Source: Azolla caroliniana
Lineage: Eukaryota; Plantae; Polypodiophyta
Assembly (NCBI GenBank): GCA_043228905.1
Contig: JBHGNT010000004.1
Span: forward strand, 16,244,001 to 16,308,000
DNA length: 64,000 nt
Direction: 5' to 3'
Part shown: one piece after another, positions 37,276 to 49,553 of the stretch
Layout: every line of letters starts with the position of its first letter
Numbering within the stretch: position 1 is the first letter of the stretch
Translations under genes and position numbers: made by a program
The notes under the pieces: model-generated
The model's input: only the letters and a program-made list of their open reading frames with translations
What the model was told of the DNA's origin: nothing
Database searches by the model: none

Positions 37276-38040
37276 TACACACACACACACACAGACACAT
37301 ACATACATACATACATACATACATACATACATACATACATACATACATACATACATACATACATACATACATACATACATACATACATACATACATACAT
37401 ACATACATACATACATACATACATTACATATGGATATATGCATACACATATGTACATTTGTACATAGACATACCTATGTTCATTTATACATTGCTACATA
37501 TACATGCATTAGATATATACATAAATATTATGCACATATTACAATCACACATCCATACACATTGAATCATGTACATTGTCATATGGATATATGAATACAC
37601 ATACATACACAGATAAATTACATATGGATATATGCATACACATATGTACATTCGTACATGGACATACATATATTCATTTATACATTGCTACATATACATA
37701 CACATATATACATTAGATATATACATAGATATTATGTACATATTACAATCACACATCCATATACATTGAATCATGTACATTTACATATGCATATATGCAT
37801 ACACATACATACATACATTACATATATGCATACACATATGTACATTCGTACATGGACATACATACTCATACATTACATACATGACATATGCATACACATA
37901 TGTAATTTTGTACATGAATGTTTGAATGTTATGATTAGTATGAATGTATGTATGTATGTGCACATAATGTATGCATGTATGTATGAATGAATATATATAT
38001 GTAATGTATGCATAAAATATGTATGCTTGCATGAATAAAC
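33710..38040. repeat. Large degenerate (ATAC)/(AC) low-complexity field with internal duplications
   Basis: Pure (CA)n at about 37208-37270 and (ATAC)n at about 37297-37422. Block about 33765-33990 is repeated at about 34331-34560. Confidence 0.9.
34648..36207 (-). mobile_element. 5'-truncated L1/Tx1-like LINE with poly(A) tail
   Basis: zf-RVT FWKGLWRLHMPEKIKLFWWQIGHNVIPVG...CPLC...ESLRHCLWDC...WYVWKARC. One in-frame stop at 35614-35616. A10 tail at 34657-34648. Confidence 0.88.
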
Positions 38041-38146
38041 ATGAATGAATGGTTATTTCCCCTCCCAATCACATAGAATTTAAATCTTGTAAAAATGGTT
38101 ACACTAATGACAAGATAAATTCTTAAGAAAAAAAAACATGAACTAA

Positions 38147-38620
38147 CTACGAAGGTCGGCGCGACCAAGCGATGTCGGTCAGCGTGAGCTTTATATTGTT
38201 TGCTAGTGGCACAGAGCTCGAGGGAGAGGTCACGATGGACATCTTGTAAGGTGTGGGCACGCCTCTCGGCCGACGGATTGGCGGAAGTCTTTGGAATGGA
38301 AATGCTGAAATGAGGTGGAAACCGTAGTTTGCAAAGAATGGGGAAACCTTAGTTGAGGCATGGATACTATTATTGTAGACAAATTCCGCCATGGCAAGGA
38401 AGTCCACCCAATCATCTTGTTGGTAGCTAACTGTACACCGGAGGTTTTGTTCGAGGATTTGGTTGACTCTTTCCGTTTGGCCATCATTTTGTGGGTGGTG
38501 TGCGGTTGACAAGTTCACAGAAGTCCCGAATGTTTGTAGAAGTCGGCGCCAGAAGTGGGAGATAAATTGCGAACCTCGATCAGAAGTGACATGCTCAAGG
38601 AAGCTGTGTAATCCGATGAC
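38147..38620 (-). pseudogene. Gypsy (Tf2/chromovirus-type) integrase core fragment
   Basis: LPEHVTSDRGSQFISHFW...LSTAHHPQNDGQTERVNQILEQ...LAMAEFVYNNS. Confidence 0.9.
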
Positions 38621-38653
38621 ATTTTTTAGAATAAGAACTAAACTTATAGAATC

Positions 38654-38928
38654 CGTAACTGGTGTTGTTCACCTTGATTAGAATCAAGGTGCACATGAGT
38701 ATTTATACAAGAAGGTAGGGCTATGTAAGCCAGTTAGAAATAGAGTATGCATGAGGATGCATGCAATAGAGAATGCATGAGAATGTGTGCAAGCTAGAAA
38801 CTTCCAATATTCAATCTACAATACATGAAGTTCAATTTAATATAAGGATGCATATGTAGCTCAATTGGTAGGGTTGCCCAATAGAGACCATGAGGTGTTG
38901 GGTTCAATCCCTACCTTCCTTTGTGGCA
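38654..38928 (-). mobile_element. Partial Gypsy LTR with tRNA-like module copy C (about 38850-38925, + strand)
   Basis: Homologous to 28674-29065. TATAAAT on the - strand near 38701-38707. A box TAGCTCAATTGG at 38857, B box GGTTCAATCCC at 38901. Confidence 0.7.
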
Positions 38929-38934
38929 TAGACA

Positions 38935-41409
38935 TATCCCTAGAGAGAGTGAAATCAAGCCTCTTGGATGAAGAAGCTCACCGGAAGGATAGGGAGTCCG
39001 GAACTGATCCAAAGGCCTTGATCATGGAAGATGACAATAACCGGGGAAGAGGCCAGAATCGGAGTCCCCAGAACCGGGATAAATCGGGGACAAGGTCGAA
39101 CTCAAGGGGGAGGCCCACTTGCTTTTATGGTGGAAAGCCGCGGCACTTCCAGAAGAATTGCCGACACCTCCGGAAGGAGAAAGGAACCAACAATGCCAAC
39201 TCGAAGAAGGGTTCGAATCGGAAAGTAATGACGAGAAGCGAAGAAGAATTGTTGCTCATCACCGAGGAAAATGAGTTGTATTTTGGCAGTGATGAGACAA
39301 CATGAGTGGTCGACTTCGGAGCGCCGTTTCATCTGACCCCCGATCAGAAATGCTTCTCATCGTACACAGCCAGAGATCACGGATGTATCCATATGGGAAA
39401 TGATGGTACATGCCGAATTGTTGACATAGGGGATATGTGTGTTTGACAACGTCACTCGGGTGCAAGTTACTGTTGAAAGATGTACGACACATTCCAGAGG
39501 TTTGTTTGAACCTTATATCAGCTGCTTACCTATATGATAAAGGCTACACAGGTAACATTTGGAATAGAGTCATGAAGTTTTGCAAAGGAAGCCTGATCGT
39601 GGCTCGAGCCCGGAAAATCCACACAATGTACCTGATGCATGCCCGGATATGCCGGGAAGAAGTGAACATGGTATCCGACACTGCTAGTGAGTTGTGGCAC
39701 AAGACGTTGTACCACATGAGCCAGAAAGGGATGTCCGAAGATAACCTCATTCCGGATGTGAAAGACGTGCAGATTGGGAAGTGCACCGACTGTTTGGCCG
39801 CCAAGCAGAACCGAACCTCTTTCCGGTCGAGACCACCGTCGAGATGGAATGCATCGCTGGAACTTGTGCATACCGATGTATGCCAAGTGGACACGAAGTC
39901 ACATGCTAAATCACAGTACTTCGTGACGTTCATAGACAACCACAACCGGAAGTTGTGGGTCTCACTGTTGAAGATGAAGGACCTGGTATTATTCGTCTTC
40001 ATGGAATACCACAGGAGAGTGGAAAGAGAAACCGACCGGAAGCTGAAAGCGGTTCGAGCGGACAATGGAGGTGAATATTGGGGGTAGTTCAAGGAGTACT
40101 GCTGGTCGAAGGGAATCCGACTTGAATTCATTGTGCGGAAGACACCAGAGCTCAACGGATTGGCCGAAAGGATGAACCAGACAATGATGGAGAGAGTTCG
40201 GAGCATGCTTGCACATGCTAAGTTCTCCAAGAAATTTTGGGTTGAGGTGCTGATGACGACGACGTATGTGATAAATAGATCACCCTCAGCGCCCTTGGAT
40301 GGAGACACAACATAGAGGGTATGGACCAGTAAAGACCTGTCTTACCGTCATCTGAAAGTGTTCGGTTGTCTCGCCTACGTGCATGTAGCAAAGGACAAGA
40401 GAGGGAAATTAGATCCAAAGTCTTTACCATGCATATTCCTTGGATATGGTGATGATGAGTTCGGCTATCAAGTGTGGGACTTGGTCGACAAGAAGGTCTT
40501 CCAGAGTCGAGACATAGTCTTCATGGAAGACAAGAACATTGCCGACTAAGATTCGGAGAAGAAGATAGTGGAATTTGGGTCAACTGATAGAGATCGGTTG
40601 GAAGATGCAAGGACACATCCGTTCGGAAGCTAGATGTTAGCTAAAGAACATGATGAACCGGCCGGATTCAGACAAAGAACCGAATCAACCGAAGAGGAAG
40701 AATTAGACACCGGAAACGGAGAAGATCTCGAATTAGATTCGGATGAAGAACAGGCGGAGTAACTGGTGGTCGGAAAGCAAGGACAGAGATATCCTCTGAG
40801 AGAGACAAAGGCCCCCTGGAGATTTTCGGCTGCAAACCACATCTTACTGACCAACGAGGGGGAGTCAGAAAGCTTCAAAGAAGCAAAGAAAGACACCCAC
40901 AACCGCAAGTGTTTAAGTGCCATGCAGGATGAGATGGATTCCCTGCATGAGAACCACACATATGAATTGACGGAGCTGCCAAAAGGAAAAAGAGAGCTTT
41001 GGAACAAGTGGGTGTACAAGCTAAAACCAGGAGACACCAGAAATCCACCAAGATACAAAGCCCGGATAGTGGTGAAGGGCTTCCAGCAGAAAAAGGGAGT
41101 GGATTTTGACAAGATCTTCGCCCCGGTAGTCAAGATGACATCCATCCGGATGGTGTTGAGCATAGCGGCAAACATGAACCTCGAGGTAGAGCAACTAGAC
41201 GTCAAGACAATGTTCCTACATGGTGGCCTTGAAGAAGAGATCTACATGAAACAAGCGAAAGGTTTTGTCAAGAAAGGGAAGGAGAACCTGGTGTGCCGGT
41301 TGAAGAAGAGCTTATACGAACTGAAGCAAGCTCCCTGACAATGGTACCGGAAGTTCAACTACTTCATGACCGATCAAGCATACCACAAGACGTAGGCGGA
41401 CCATTGCGT
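38935..41409 (+). mobile_element. Decayed internal fragment of the same Copia family as 992-6614
   Basis: SLERVKSSLLDEEA, LLLKDVRHIPEVCLNLISA, ADNGGEY, AMQDEMDSLHENHTYEL match the first element. Many stops. Cut at 41409 by a Gypsy LTR. Confidence 0.92.
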
Positions 41410-43418
41410 TGTCGCGTTGTTATGCGCGTGCGTGTAGAACGAGGCGGGACCACGGGGGTCTTGGACCGAGGAATAATCGATCAGGAATAGGAGCAATAAA
41501 GACAACGCCCGTGCTTCCACACACACACGCACAGATACACAGAAACCGCAATCGATTGAAACAAGACAAATGTGTGCATGTATATAAATATATATAAGAT
41601 GAAAAGGGGTTACAACCGGCAGGCCGGTGGGCGACAAGCTCTTACGCCCACTCGCACACAGAAGAGCGAGATGGAGACTTTGCCGAAAGCACTCGGGCGT
41701 TCCGTGGAGCAGAGTCAGCATCCCGAAAACCTGCACAAGATAGATACAGAGAAAGACGGAGGAGAAGAGCTCGGTCCCAGCCTTACAACACTTCGTCCTC
41801 GACAAAACACGATACCCATCACGATTCCTCTCCCTCTCTTTTATAGCCCAAGGAGGGAGGCCATCACAACCCGTTATATCATCTTTATTCTCTGTCCTTT
41901 CGGACAGAGATACGCCTTGATTTTCTACCTAACAAATGCGTGCTACCTAGGATATTCACATCTATCGACTTGTACCTAAATATATATATTACAACAAAAC
42001 TTGTGCCTACGTATAAGGGCCAGTTCACGCACATTATTCTCTGATTCCACCTACGGAAGGTTTTCTCCACGACATCCGCCCCCACCTGACCGCGCATCGA
42101 CCGGTATGCGCCTAAATAGACTCTTGCCGGAGAAGACCGGCCCGCGCCTACTTGTCGTCCTCCGGATCGCCATTTGCTCTGAACCAGTCGTCCTTGCTAT
42201 CCAAGTCGTCCGGGTCTGGTTCATCCTCATGCCGCTTTTTGAACGCTTTGATCCTTTTTCCGGCCACCGGTACTGCCATCCTTGTCCCGTCAAGCTCCGC
42301 GAGATGGTAGGTTCTGTTGTCATTGGCGCTTGTCACCATGTAAGGCCCGAACCACCTCTTTGTTAACTTCCGCATCGCCTTGTGCTGGTTGTCGAGGCTG
42401 CTGTCATATACTAGTGTCGAATACAAGTGTATAATGGACGTATTCACACTATCCCTTTTTATAGCTCAAGTTTGGGCCATTTGTGTAATTAGCATAAATG
42501 GTAGTTGCCCTAAGTCGGTCACTATATATAGTGACCTTGTAACCTTTTTGTAAGGTTGGTTGTATTATTTGTTTCTATGAAATAGAAAGTCTTTTGTGCC
42601 TCTCTCTCTCTCTCTCTCTGTCCACGATCTTCGATTCTGTCATACGCAGGTCATACGCAGGTACTCAACCCTAATCGAATGCTACTTGCTCTTCCGCATT
42701 GACGGCCTTTGTCCCCAACATTTGGTATCAGAGCCTGCACAGTATTCGGTCCTTCAACCCGTTGTCGGACGTCGTCTCAGCCTGCACAACATTCGGTTTC
42801 CTGCGTCATTCGAAGAAGAGAGAAGAAGAAGAAAAACGAGGCTTGCATCTCATCGCGTTAGATCATCTTCGCTTGGAGTAAGCCAGCCGGTTGTACTCTG
42901 TTCCCTGTGATCGTAACCGCTCGAGGTGAAATCCCCTTGTGCAACATTGACACGATCGTGCTCCACTCGGTTAAACGGCATCCGAAGAGGTCATCAAACG
43001 CTGCTCGCCGCTCATTGTAACCACTCGGTGCAGATCGGTCTCAAGAACAACAACCCAAATTCGTGCTTCATCCGGCTGATCGACATTTGGGAGGATCAGT
43101 TGGATCCGTCTCTCTCGTCGCTGCAGTCACCCGAAGCAGAATCGGTCCAGACAATCGGTTTCAATAATCGGTATTTGGCATATATATTCGGAAGCGAACC
43201 GGGCTCACTCCGACTCGGCAACATTCGGGAAGACCAGTCGGTTCTGTCCCTCAAGTTACCGGAGTCAATTCGAGCAAGTTCAACAATACATATATCCGAA
43301 GCCGAACCGACTCGGGTCCAAATCCGACTAGAACGATATCGGGTGAGCCAACCGGCTGCACTCCAACAAGGTTCGTAGTCAACTCTGAACCGAGCTTCGT
43401 CAACCGAAACCAAATTTG

Positions 43419-44360
43419 ATGGCATCAACATCCGGCTCGTCAGAAATGAGTCTACGAAAGTTCGATGGATCGAACTTCAACTTCTGGAAGGAGCAAATGC
43501 AGGACTATCTCATAGTCAAGGGGCAAATCGATCCCATCGAAAATGAAGAACCTCCAGAAGGATACAAACCAATTGAGTGGCAGAAGCTGGACAGAATCGT
43601 CCGCGCCACGATTCGGATGCACCTATCGGAATCGGTATACTTTACGGTGCAATCGTGTACGACAGCATTCGAACTGTGGAAAACACTGTCGGACACTTAC
43701 GAAAAGAAGGTCGCTGCAACAAAGATGTTTCTGATCCGGCGCCTCTACAACTTGCAGATGAAAGAATCAGATTCGGTTCAAGCACATCTCAATGAGTACG
43801 AAAGCATAAGCTCCCAAATCTCATCTCAGGGGACGGCAATCGAGGATGAACTCAGAGCAATGATACTCATGAGCAGCCTTCCCTCATCATGGGAAACTTT
43901 CGTCACAACCGTGTGCAACGCGTCAACCACGGCTGTTAAATACTCCGAAGTCACGAGCGCAATCCTGACCGAAGTAGCTCGGAGAAAGTCTTTCGCCAAA
44001 GACTCAACAGACGACTCTTATGTAGTACAAGGTTCGACAGACCGATCGAACATACGAGGAAGAGATTCCTCACGGCAGCCGAACAATCAGCGAAGACGGA
44101 GCCAGTCACGGGATAATCGAATCAGCAACTATTGCAAGAAACCCGGACACATCAAAGCCGACTGCCGCGCACTCAAGAACAAGAACGACAAGTCTCACAA
44201 ATCAGACAAGAAGAGTGGCCGGCATGAGGAGATCAATTACGTCAGCTTCTCAGCTGATGTGCTACCAAACGACCCGAATATACTATCCATCGAAAATCCA
44301 GTCGGATCAGAAGTTCTGCTCACAATGTCCGACATGTACCCGAGCTCTCAAGGCCATTGA
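43419..44360 (+). CDS. Copia gag (zinc knuckle with first Cys changed to Ser)
   Basis: KFDGSNFNFWKEQMQDYL, LMSSLPSSWETFVT, SNYCKKPGHIKADC. Confidence 0.88.
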   Translation: MASTSGSSEMSLRKFDGSNFNFWKEQMQDYLIVKGQIDPIENEEPPEGYKPIEWQKLDRIVRATIRMHLSESVYFTVQSCTTAFELWKTLSDTYEKKVAATKMFLIRRLYNLQMKESDSVQAHLNEYESISSQISSQGTAIEDELRAMILMSSLPSSWETFVTTVCNASTTAVKYSEVTSAILTEVARRKSFAKDSTDDSYVVQGSTDRSNIRGRDSSRQPNNQRRRSQSRDNRISNYCKKPGHIKADCRALKNKNDKSHKSDKKSGRHEEINYVSFSADVLPNDPNILSIENPVGSEVLLTMSDMYPSSQGH

Positions 44361-47257
44361 TCTCAGTCGGACAACTAGATGAAGACGGCATTCGTGCCGG
44401 TTTTTCTTCGGGAGGGTGGACACTCCACAGGAGGAACCTCCTGCTTGCTAGAGGACCCAAGATACACTCACTGTATCCGTTACATGTTACGCTCAGAGAG
44501 GGTAACCTGTTTTTGGTGGATATTCCTGTGTCATCACTATGGCACAGAAGATTAGGACACCTCAGCAAGGCCGGCATTACGCACCTATCTAGAGCCGGAT
44601 ACATCCCTAAACTCTCCTTCTCCGACCATCAATTCTGCGAACATTGCCAGTATGGCAAACAAGCAGCTGCATCACACCCGACATCAGCACCAAGAGAAAC
44701 GAGACCTCTCGATTTAGTCCACTCGGACGTCTGTGGCCCAATACCGCATCAGTCTCTCGGCGGTGCCTCTTACTTCGTCAGTTTTATTGACGATTCGACT
44801 CGAAAGGTGTGGGCTTATCCAATTCGCACCAAAGATCGTGTCTTCTCGATCTTCTCCGATTGGCTCGCTATGGTAGAAAATCAAACTGACCGAAAACTGA
44901 AATGCTTTCGGACCGACAATGGGGGAGAGTTCAAATCAGAAGAATTCGTCAAATTCTGCCGACAACGCGGCATCCGACGTGAATTTACGGCACCACACAG
45001 TCCGGAGCAAAACGGGATTGCAGAACGCATGAATCGGACAATCCAAGAACGGATAGTTTCCATGCTCCAACACTCCGGACTGTCGGATGGCTTCTGGGCA
45101 GAGGCTCTACTCACGGCAGTACACATAATCAATATGTCGCCAAGCAGACCTCTAGGACTTCAAATTCCTCAGGAACTATGGATCGGCAGTAAGCCGAATT
45201 ACGACAAGCTGAGGATCTTCGGATGCGAGGCATACGCCCTTATTCCGAAAGATGATCGCCGAAAACTTGCACCTCGGTCCAGGAAATGCATTTTCCTTGG
45301 ATATGGATCCGACGGCGAAATGGGATACCGACTCTGGGACCCCGAACGCAGACAAATCGTTCGAAGTTCGGACGTTGTGTTCAACGAGTCGGCTATGAAT
45401 CCATCAGTCGAAAAACCGATCGAAGTCCGAAGGGTAACATTTTCCGATGTGCCGACCCTTCAAGAAGGCCCCGCTCTTAACACACGGTCAGCTTCACGGG
45501 TAGCTGAACCTTACACCACCGACTCGGACAACTCTGACTCGGCACAACAGAATAATTCGCTTTCGGACCATCCGACCTCGATACCCGATGCGACCAGTCC
45601 AATCATACCTCGACGATCCGAGAGACTGTCGCAACCTCCGGAGAGGTATTCTCCTGGAATTTTCTTCACCGACGCCGGCGAACCGACGTCTTACGAAGAA
45701 GCATTGACATCTGTCGATTCAGCCACCTGGCATCTAGTGATGGAGTCGGAAATGCACTCCATTCGGGCAAACAAGACTTGGGATCTGGTCGAACTACCTA
45801 AGAATCGACGTGCTCTTCCTTGCAAGTGGGTTTATCGACTAAAAGAGACGTCTGATTCGACCACCCCAAAGTACAAGGCCAGATTAGTTGCGAAGGGCTT
45901 CCGACAAGAATATGGCGTCGACTTCGACGAGATTTTTTCACCAGTGGTGAAAATGACAACCCTTCGTTTTCTACTCGGCGTAGTGGCAGCCGACAACTTG
46001 GAGCTGATTCAGCTAGATGTCAAAACAGCCTTCCTCCATGGTGATCTTGAAGAGGAAATTTATATGGAGCAGCCAAAAGGCTTCGTGGCACCTGGCCAAG
46101 AACATCTAGTCTGCCGACTCAGGAAGAGTCTATACGGCCTCAAACAGGCACCGCGACAATGGTACAAGAAGTTCGACGACTTCATCCAATCGATCAGCTT
46201 CTCAAAAAGCGATGAGGACCATTGTCTTTTTACCAACACAGCTCACGATGGATCACCCATCTTCCTCATCATTTACGTGGACGACATGCTAATTTCTGGA
46301 CGCCACGCGGGCGAACTTGCCGATCTCATTCGGCAACTGCGGTTGAAGTTTGCCATGAAGGACCTCGGTCCGGCACGACACATACTTGGCATGAAGATTA
46401 GTCGGCATCGCGATAAACGACATCTTTTTTTGTCTCAGACCGACTATATCGGACGTGTCTTGGAACGCTTCAACATGCAATCAGCCAAATCTGCTTCAAC
46501 CCCGCTCCCCATGAATCTTCGGCTCTCTCAGCGAGACTGCCCGACATCCGGTCCGGAGGGGGAAGATATGAAGTCGGTACCGTATGCACCGGCAGTCGGC
46601 TCCCTTATGTACCTGATGGTCGCGACACGGCCTGATATTTCTCATGCCGTAGGAGTCGTTAGCAGATTTATGCACAATCTTGGCCGATCGCATTGGAACG
46701 CAGTCAAGCATGTGTTCAAATATCTGGCTGGCACAAAAGACCACGGCATTCTTTTCGGTCCGAACTCAACCTCAGGCGTAGTCGGTTACACCGACTCGGA
46801 CTTCGCCGGCTGTATAGACAGTCGGAAATCAACAACTGGATACTGCTTCAAATTCGGCAATGGAGCAATTTCGTGGAAGTCGAAACTTCAGGAGTGCACA
46901 ACGACCTCAACGACCGAAACAGAATATGTAGCTGCGTCCGACGCTGCAAAAGAAGCTTTGTGGCTCGGCCGGCTGGCGCACAAGTTTCGACAAGTCGACC
47001 ATGACTCGGCCCCAGTTGTCTATAGCGACAGTCAAGGTGCTGTTGCCTTGTCGAAAAATCCGGTTCACCACAACGCCTCCAAACATATCGACGTTCGATA
47101 TCACTTCGTTCGGGACTGCGTCATTTCAGGGAAAATCGGTCTAGAGAAAATATCCACAACCGACAATGTCGCAGATGGAATGACCAAGTGTCTTTCGGCA
47201 GACCGCTTTCGGTCTCTTCGGCATCAGATGGGCGTAACGACAAACCAGTCCGGTTAG
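44357..47257 (+). CDS. Copia pol remainder (GAG-pre-integrase, integrase, RT, RNase H), open but out of frame with gag
   Basis: LWHRRLGH...CEHC, VHSDVCGP, TDNGGEF, YKARLVAKGF, IYVDDML, YTDSDFAG, KHIDVRYHF. No ATG start and no DSGA protease motif. Confidence 0.85.
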   Translation: MISVGQLDEDGIRAGFSSGGWTLHRRNLLLARGPKIHSLYPLHVTLREGNLFLVDIPVSSLWHRRLGHLSKAGITHLSRAGYIPKLSFSDHQFCEHCQYGKQAAASHPTSAPRETRPLDLVHSDVCGPIPHQSLGGASYFVSFIDDSTRKVWAYPIRTKDRVFSIFSDWLAMVENQTDRKLKCFRTDNGGEFKSEEFVKFCRQRGIRREFTAPHSPEQNGIAERMNRTIQERIVSMLQHSGLSDGFWAEALLTAVHIINMSPSRPLGLQIPQELWIGSKPNYDKLRIFGCEAYALIPKDDRRKLAPRSRKCIFLGYGSDGEMGYRLWDPERRQIVRSSDVVFNESAMNPSVEKPIEVRRVTFSDVPTLQEGPALNTRSASRVAEPYTTDSDNSDSAQQNNSLSDHPTSIPDATSPIIPRRSERLSQPPERYSPGIFFTDAGEPTSYEEALTSVDSATWHLVMESEMHSIRANKTWDLVELPKNRRALPCKWVYRLKETSDSTTPKYKARLVAKGFRQEYGVDFDEIFSPVVKMTTLRFLLGVVAADNLELIQLDVKTAFLHGDLEEEIYMEQPKGFVAPGQEHLVCRLRKSLYGLKQAPRQWYKKFDDFIQSISFSKSDEDHCLFTNTAHDGSPIFLIIYVDDMLISGRHAGELADLIRQLRLKFAMKDLGPARHILGMKISRHRDKRHLFLSQTDYIGRVLERFNMQSAKSASTPLPMNLRLSQRDCPTSGPEGEDMKSVPYAPAVGSLMYLMVATRPDISHAVGVVSRFMHNLGRSHWNAVKHVFKYLAGTKDHGILFGPNSTSGVVGYTDSDFAGCIDSRKSTTGYCFKFGNGAISWKSKLQECTTTSTTETEYVAASDAAKEALWLGRLAHKFRQVDHDSAPVVYSDSQGAVALSKNPVHHNASKHIDVRYHFVRDCVISGKIGLEKISTTDNVADGMTKCLSADRFRSLRHQMGVTTNQSG

Positions 47258-48160
47258 AGCCGGACACAGCGCAGGATGGTTTCCGACAACCGACATCAGT
47301 TCCTTAACGATCGGCTTCAACTCTTCCGACCCGACCAGTCCGGTCTTCTGCCTTCGGACCCTGTCGACTCGAACAAAACTGATATGTCCGAGAACCTAGG
47401 TTTATACCTGTAATCTTAGATAACCCATGTATACGCCCATTACGGGGGAGTGTCGAATACAAGTGTATAATGGACGTATTCACACTATCCCTTTTTATAG
47501 CTCAAGTTTGGGCCATTTGTGTAATTAGCATAAATGGTAGTTGCCCTAAGTCGGTCACTATATATAGTGACCTTGTAACCTTTTTGTAAGGTTGGTTGTA
47601 TTATTTGTTTCTATGAAATAGAAAGTCTTTTGTGCCTCTCTCTCTCTCTCTCTCTGTCCACGATCTTCGATTCTGTCATACGCAGGTCATACGCAGGTAC
47701 TCAACCCTAATCGAATGCTACTTGCTCTTCCGCATTGACGGCCTTTGTCCCCAACAACTAGAACCCAGTCGCCTTCCTCGATTTTCTTCGGCCTTAGTCA
47801 GTGAGTCCGGTTGAATCGTCCCTTGTTCTTTACCCTCATGGCTTGCAACTTTTCCGCGGCTCGTTCCACATCCTCCTGTCTTCGCTCAAGCTGTCGAATC
47901 CGCGCCGCTAATAGCTCCTCCCGGCTCATCTCGTCTCTCTAGTCCACCGTGACCCACGAGGAGATTGTTCGCTCCATTGGCATGACCGGCTTTTGCCCAT
48001 ACATCAGTTCCACCGGCATGAACTCGGTTACTGAATTGTGTGTAGTTCGGTCGGCCCACAACGCATAGGGTAAGAGCCGCGACCAGTTTCTGACTTGGCC
48101 TCCACATGCCCGCACTAACGCTTTGACAATCGGCTTGTGTCCGTGTTCCACCTTCCCGTT

Positions 48161-48445
48161 TGTTGGGAACTCGACGTTCCTTATGTCCGACGCTCGGCCA
48201 CAACCGAGATTCTTTTCATACACAGAAAATAGGTAATGAAACGCGACACAAAAGAGGAAGAAGAGGAGAAATGGTACACAGGAGGTATACGTGGAAAACC
48301 CCAAAATAGGGGAAAAACCACGGCAGCCCACGAGCTGTAAACTGTCACTATGCAGAAATATACAACAGTGAGATCACTGAGGCAACGACCTCGAGTTCTC
48401 AGATCTTCGCCACAAGCAGCGGTTACAACAGAGGCAACGACCTCG

Positions 48446-48476
<31 letters not shown>

Positions 48477-48785
48477 GTACAGTTACGCGCTCAGATTTCT
48501 ACTTGCACCAACAAGAAAGAATAATCACCAACTACTAACTAAAAGTTTGCCCTAAGTCATATTTATACTAATATGACTTTTCGGCTATTTACAAATGTAG
48601 CCTTGATGGGCTTCATCCGGCTCTCCGCAGTCGGGCCTACACCATCCGACTCTCCGCAGTCGGGTACTCCTCATCCGGCTTTCCGCAGTCGGGCCTACGC
48701 CATCCGACTCTCTGCAGTCGGGTTCTCCCCATCCGGTTCATACCGTTCTTCTCCCTTCCCATCCGGAGGGACCTGTCTACCAACA
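48161..48785 (-). mobile_element. Solo LTR (625 bp) of a sister subfamily of the 992-6614 Copia
   Basis: TGTTGG...CCAACA ends, TSD CCGTT (48156-60, 48786-90), collinear with the 770-bp LTR but carrying four 29-bp repeats. Confidence 0.95.
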
Positions 48786-49553
48786 CCGTTTGCCTCCGGA
48801 TTGTACGCCGTGGTGAGCGAGAGTTTAACCCTTAGCCGGTCAAATAGCTCCTCAGCCTCTTGCGTGTGCAATTCTCCGCGGTCGGCTATGATCTTTCCTA
48901 CGCACTCGTACCTGCATACTACTTCTTTGATCATAAATCGGCACACGGTTGTGGTCGTTTTATTCGGCAACGCTCAACCCTCCACCTGGTTCGTCAGGTC
49001 CTCTCAAGCCAACACCAGATATCGCATCTTCCTACCCCCATCGACATCGTCACCAGATCCACGATCCACTTGAAGTGGATGGTCGGAGGGTAGGTCGGGT
49101 GGAGCTCGTCCCGATGTCAGACTATGGAGTGCATTTGACAGCTTTCGCAAGTTGTCACGAACTGATGCACGTCCCGGTATAGTCCCGACCACCAGTACTT
49201 CCCCTTCAACTTCTCAAATGTGGCCCACGTCCCGCGGTGTCCAGCCCAAGGACTTTCGTGGTACGATGCCAACAATTCCTCTTGTTCCTCTTTCTTCACC
49301 ACCACCCGGAGAGGAACGCCGTTTCTCTTCCTCGGGTGTTTCTAGATGCACCCATCCTGTAGGAAGAATCGGTACGCTTTCTTCCGAATCCGGTTGGTCT
49401 CTTCCTTCGTCCACGCCACGTCCGGTGTCATTGTCTTCCGGAACCTGCCGATCCAGAGCCACTCCCTGCCATACTTGCTCTCATCGAACTCGATAAGCAC
49501 TGGAGTGCTCCCCTTCCTTGTTGTTATGTAAGCTGACTCGAAGAAGTCCACGC

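Larger units (their letters stand above)
42415..47756 (+). mobile_element. Structurally complete, very young Ty1/Copia element lacking the protease core
   Basis: 306-bp LTRs (42415-42720, 47451-47756) with no differences seen. TSD ACTAG (42410-14, 47757-61). Met PBS at 42723-42734. PPT GGGGGAG at 47444-47450. Confidence 0.97.

Noticed and set aside
34015-38168. Many His/Thr/Tyr/Ile- or Val/Cys/Met-rich ORFs
   Set aside because: They are translations of (ATAC)n and (AC)n repeats.
38850-38925. Functional tRNA genes at the four A/B-box modules
   Set aside because: Acceptor and anticodon stems pair poorly and no anticodon can be assigned. All four lie inside LTRs.
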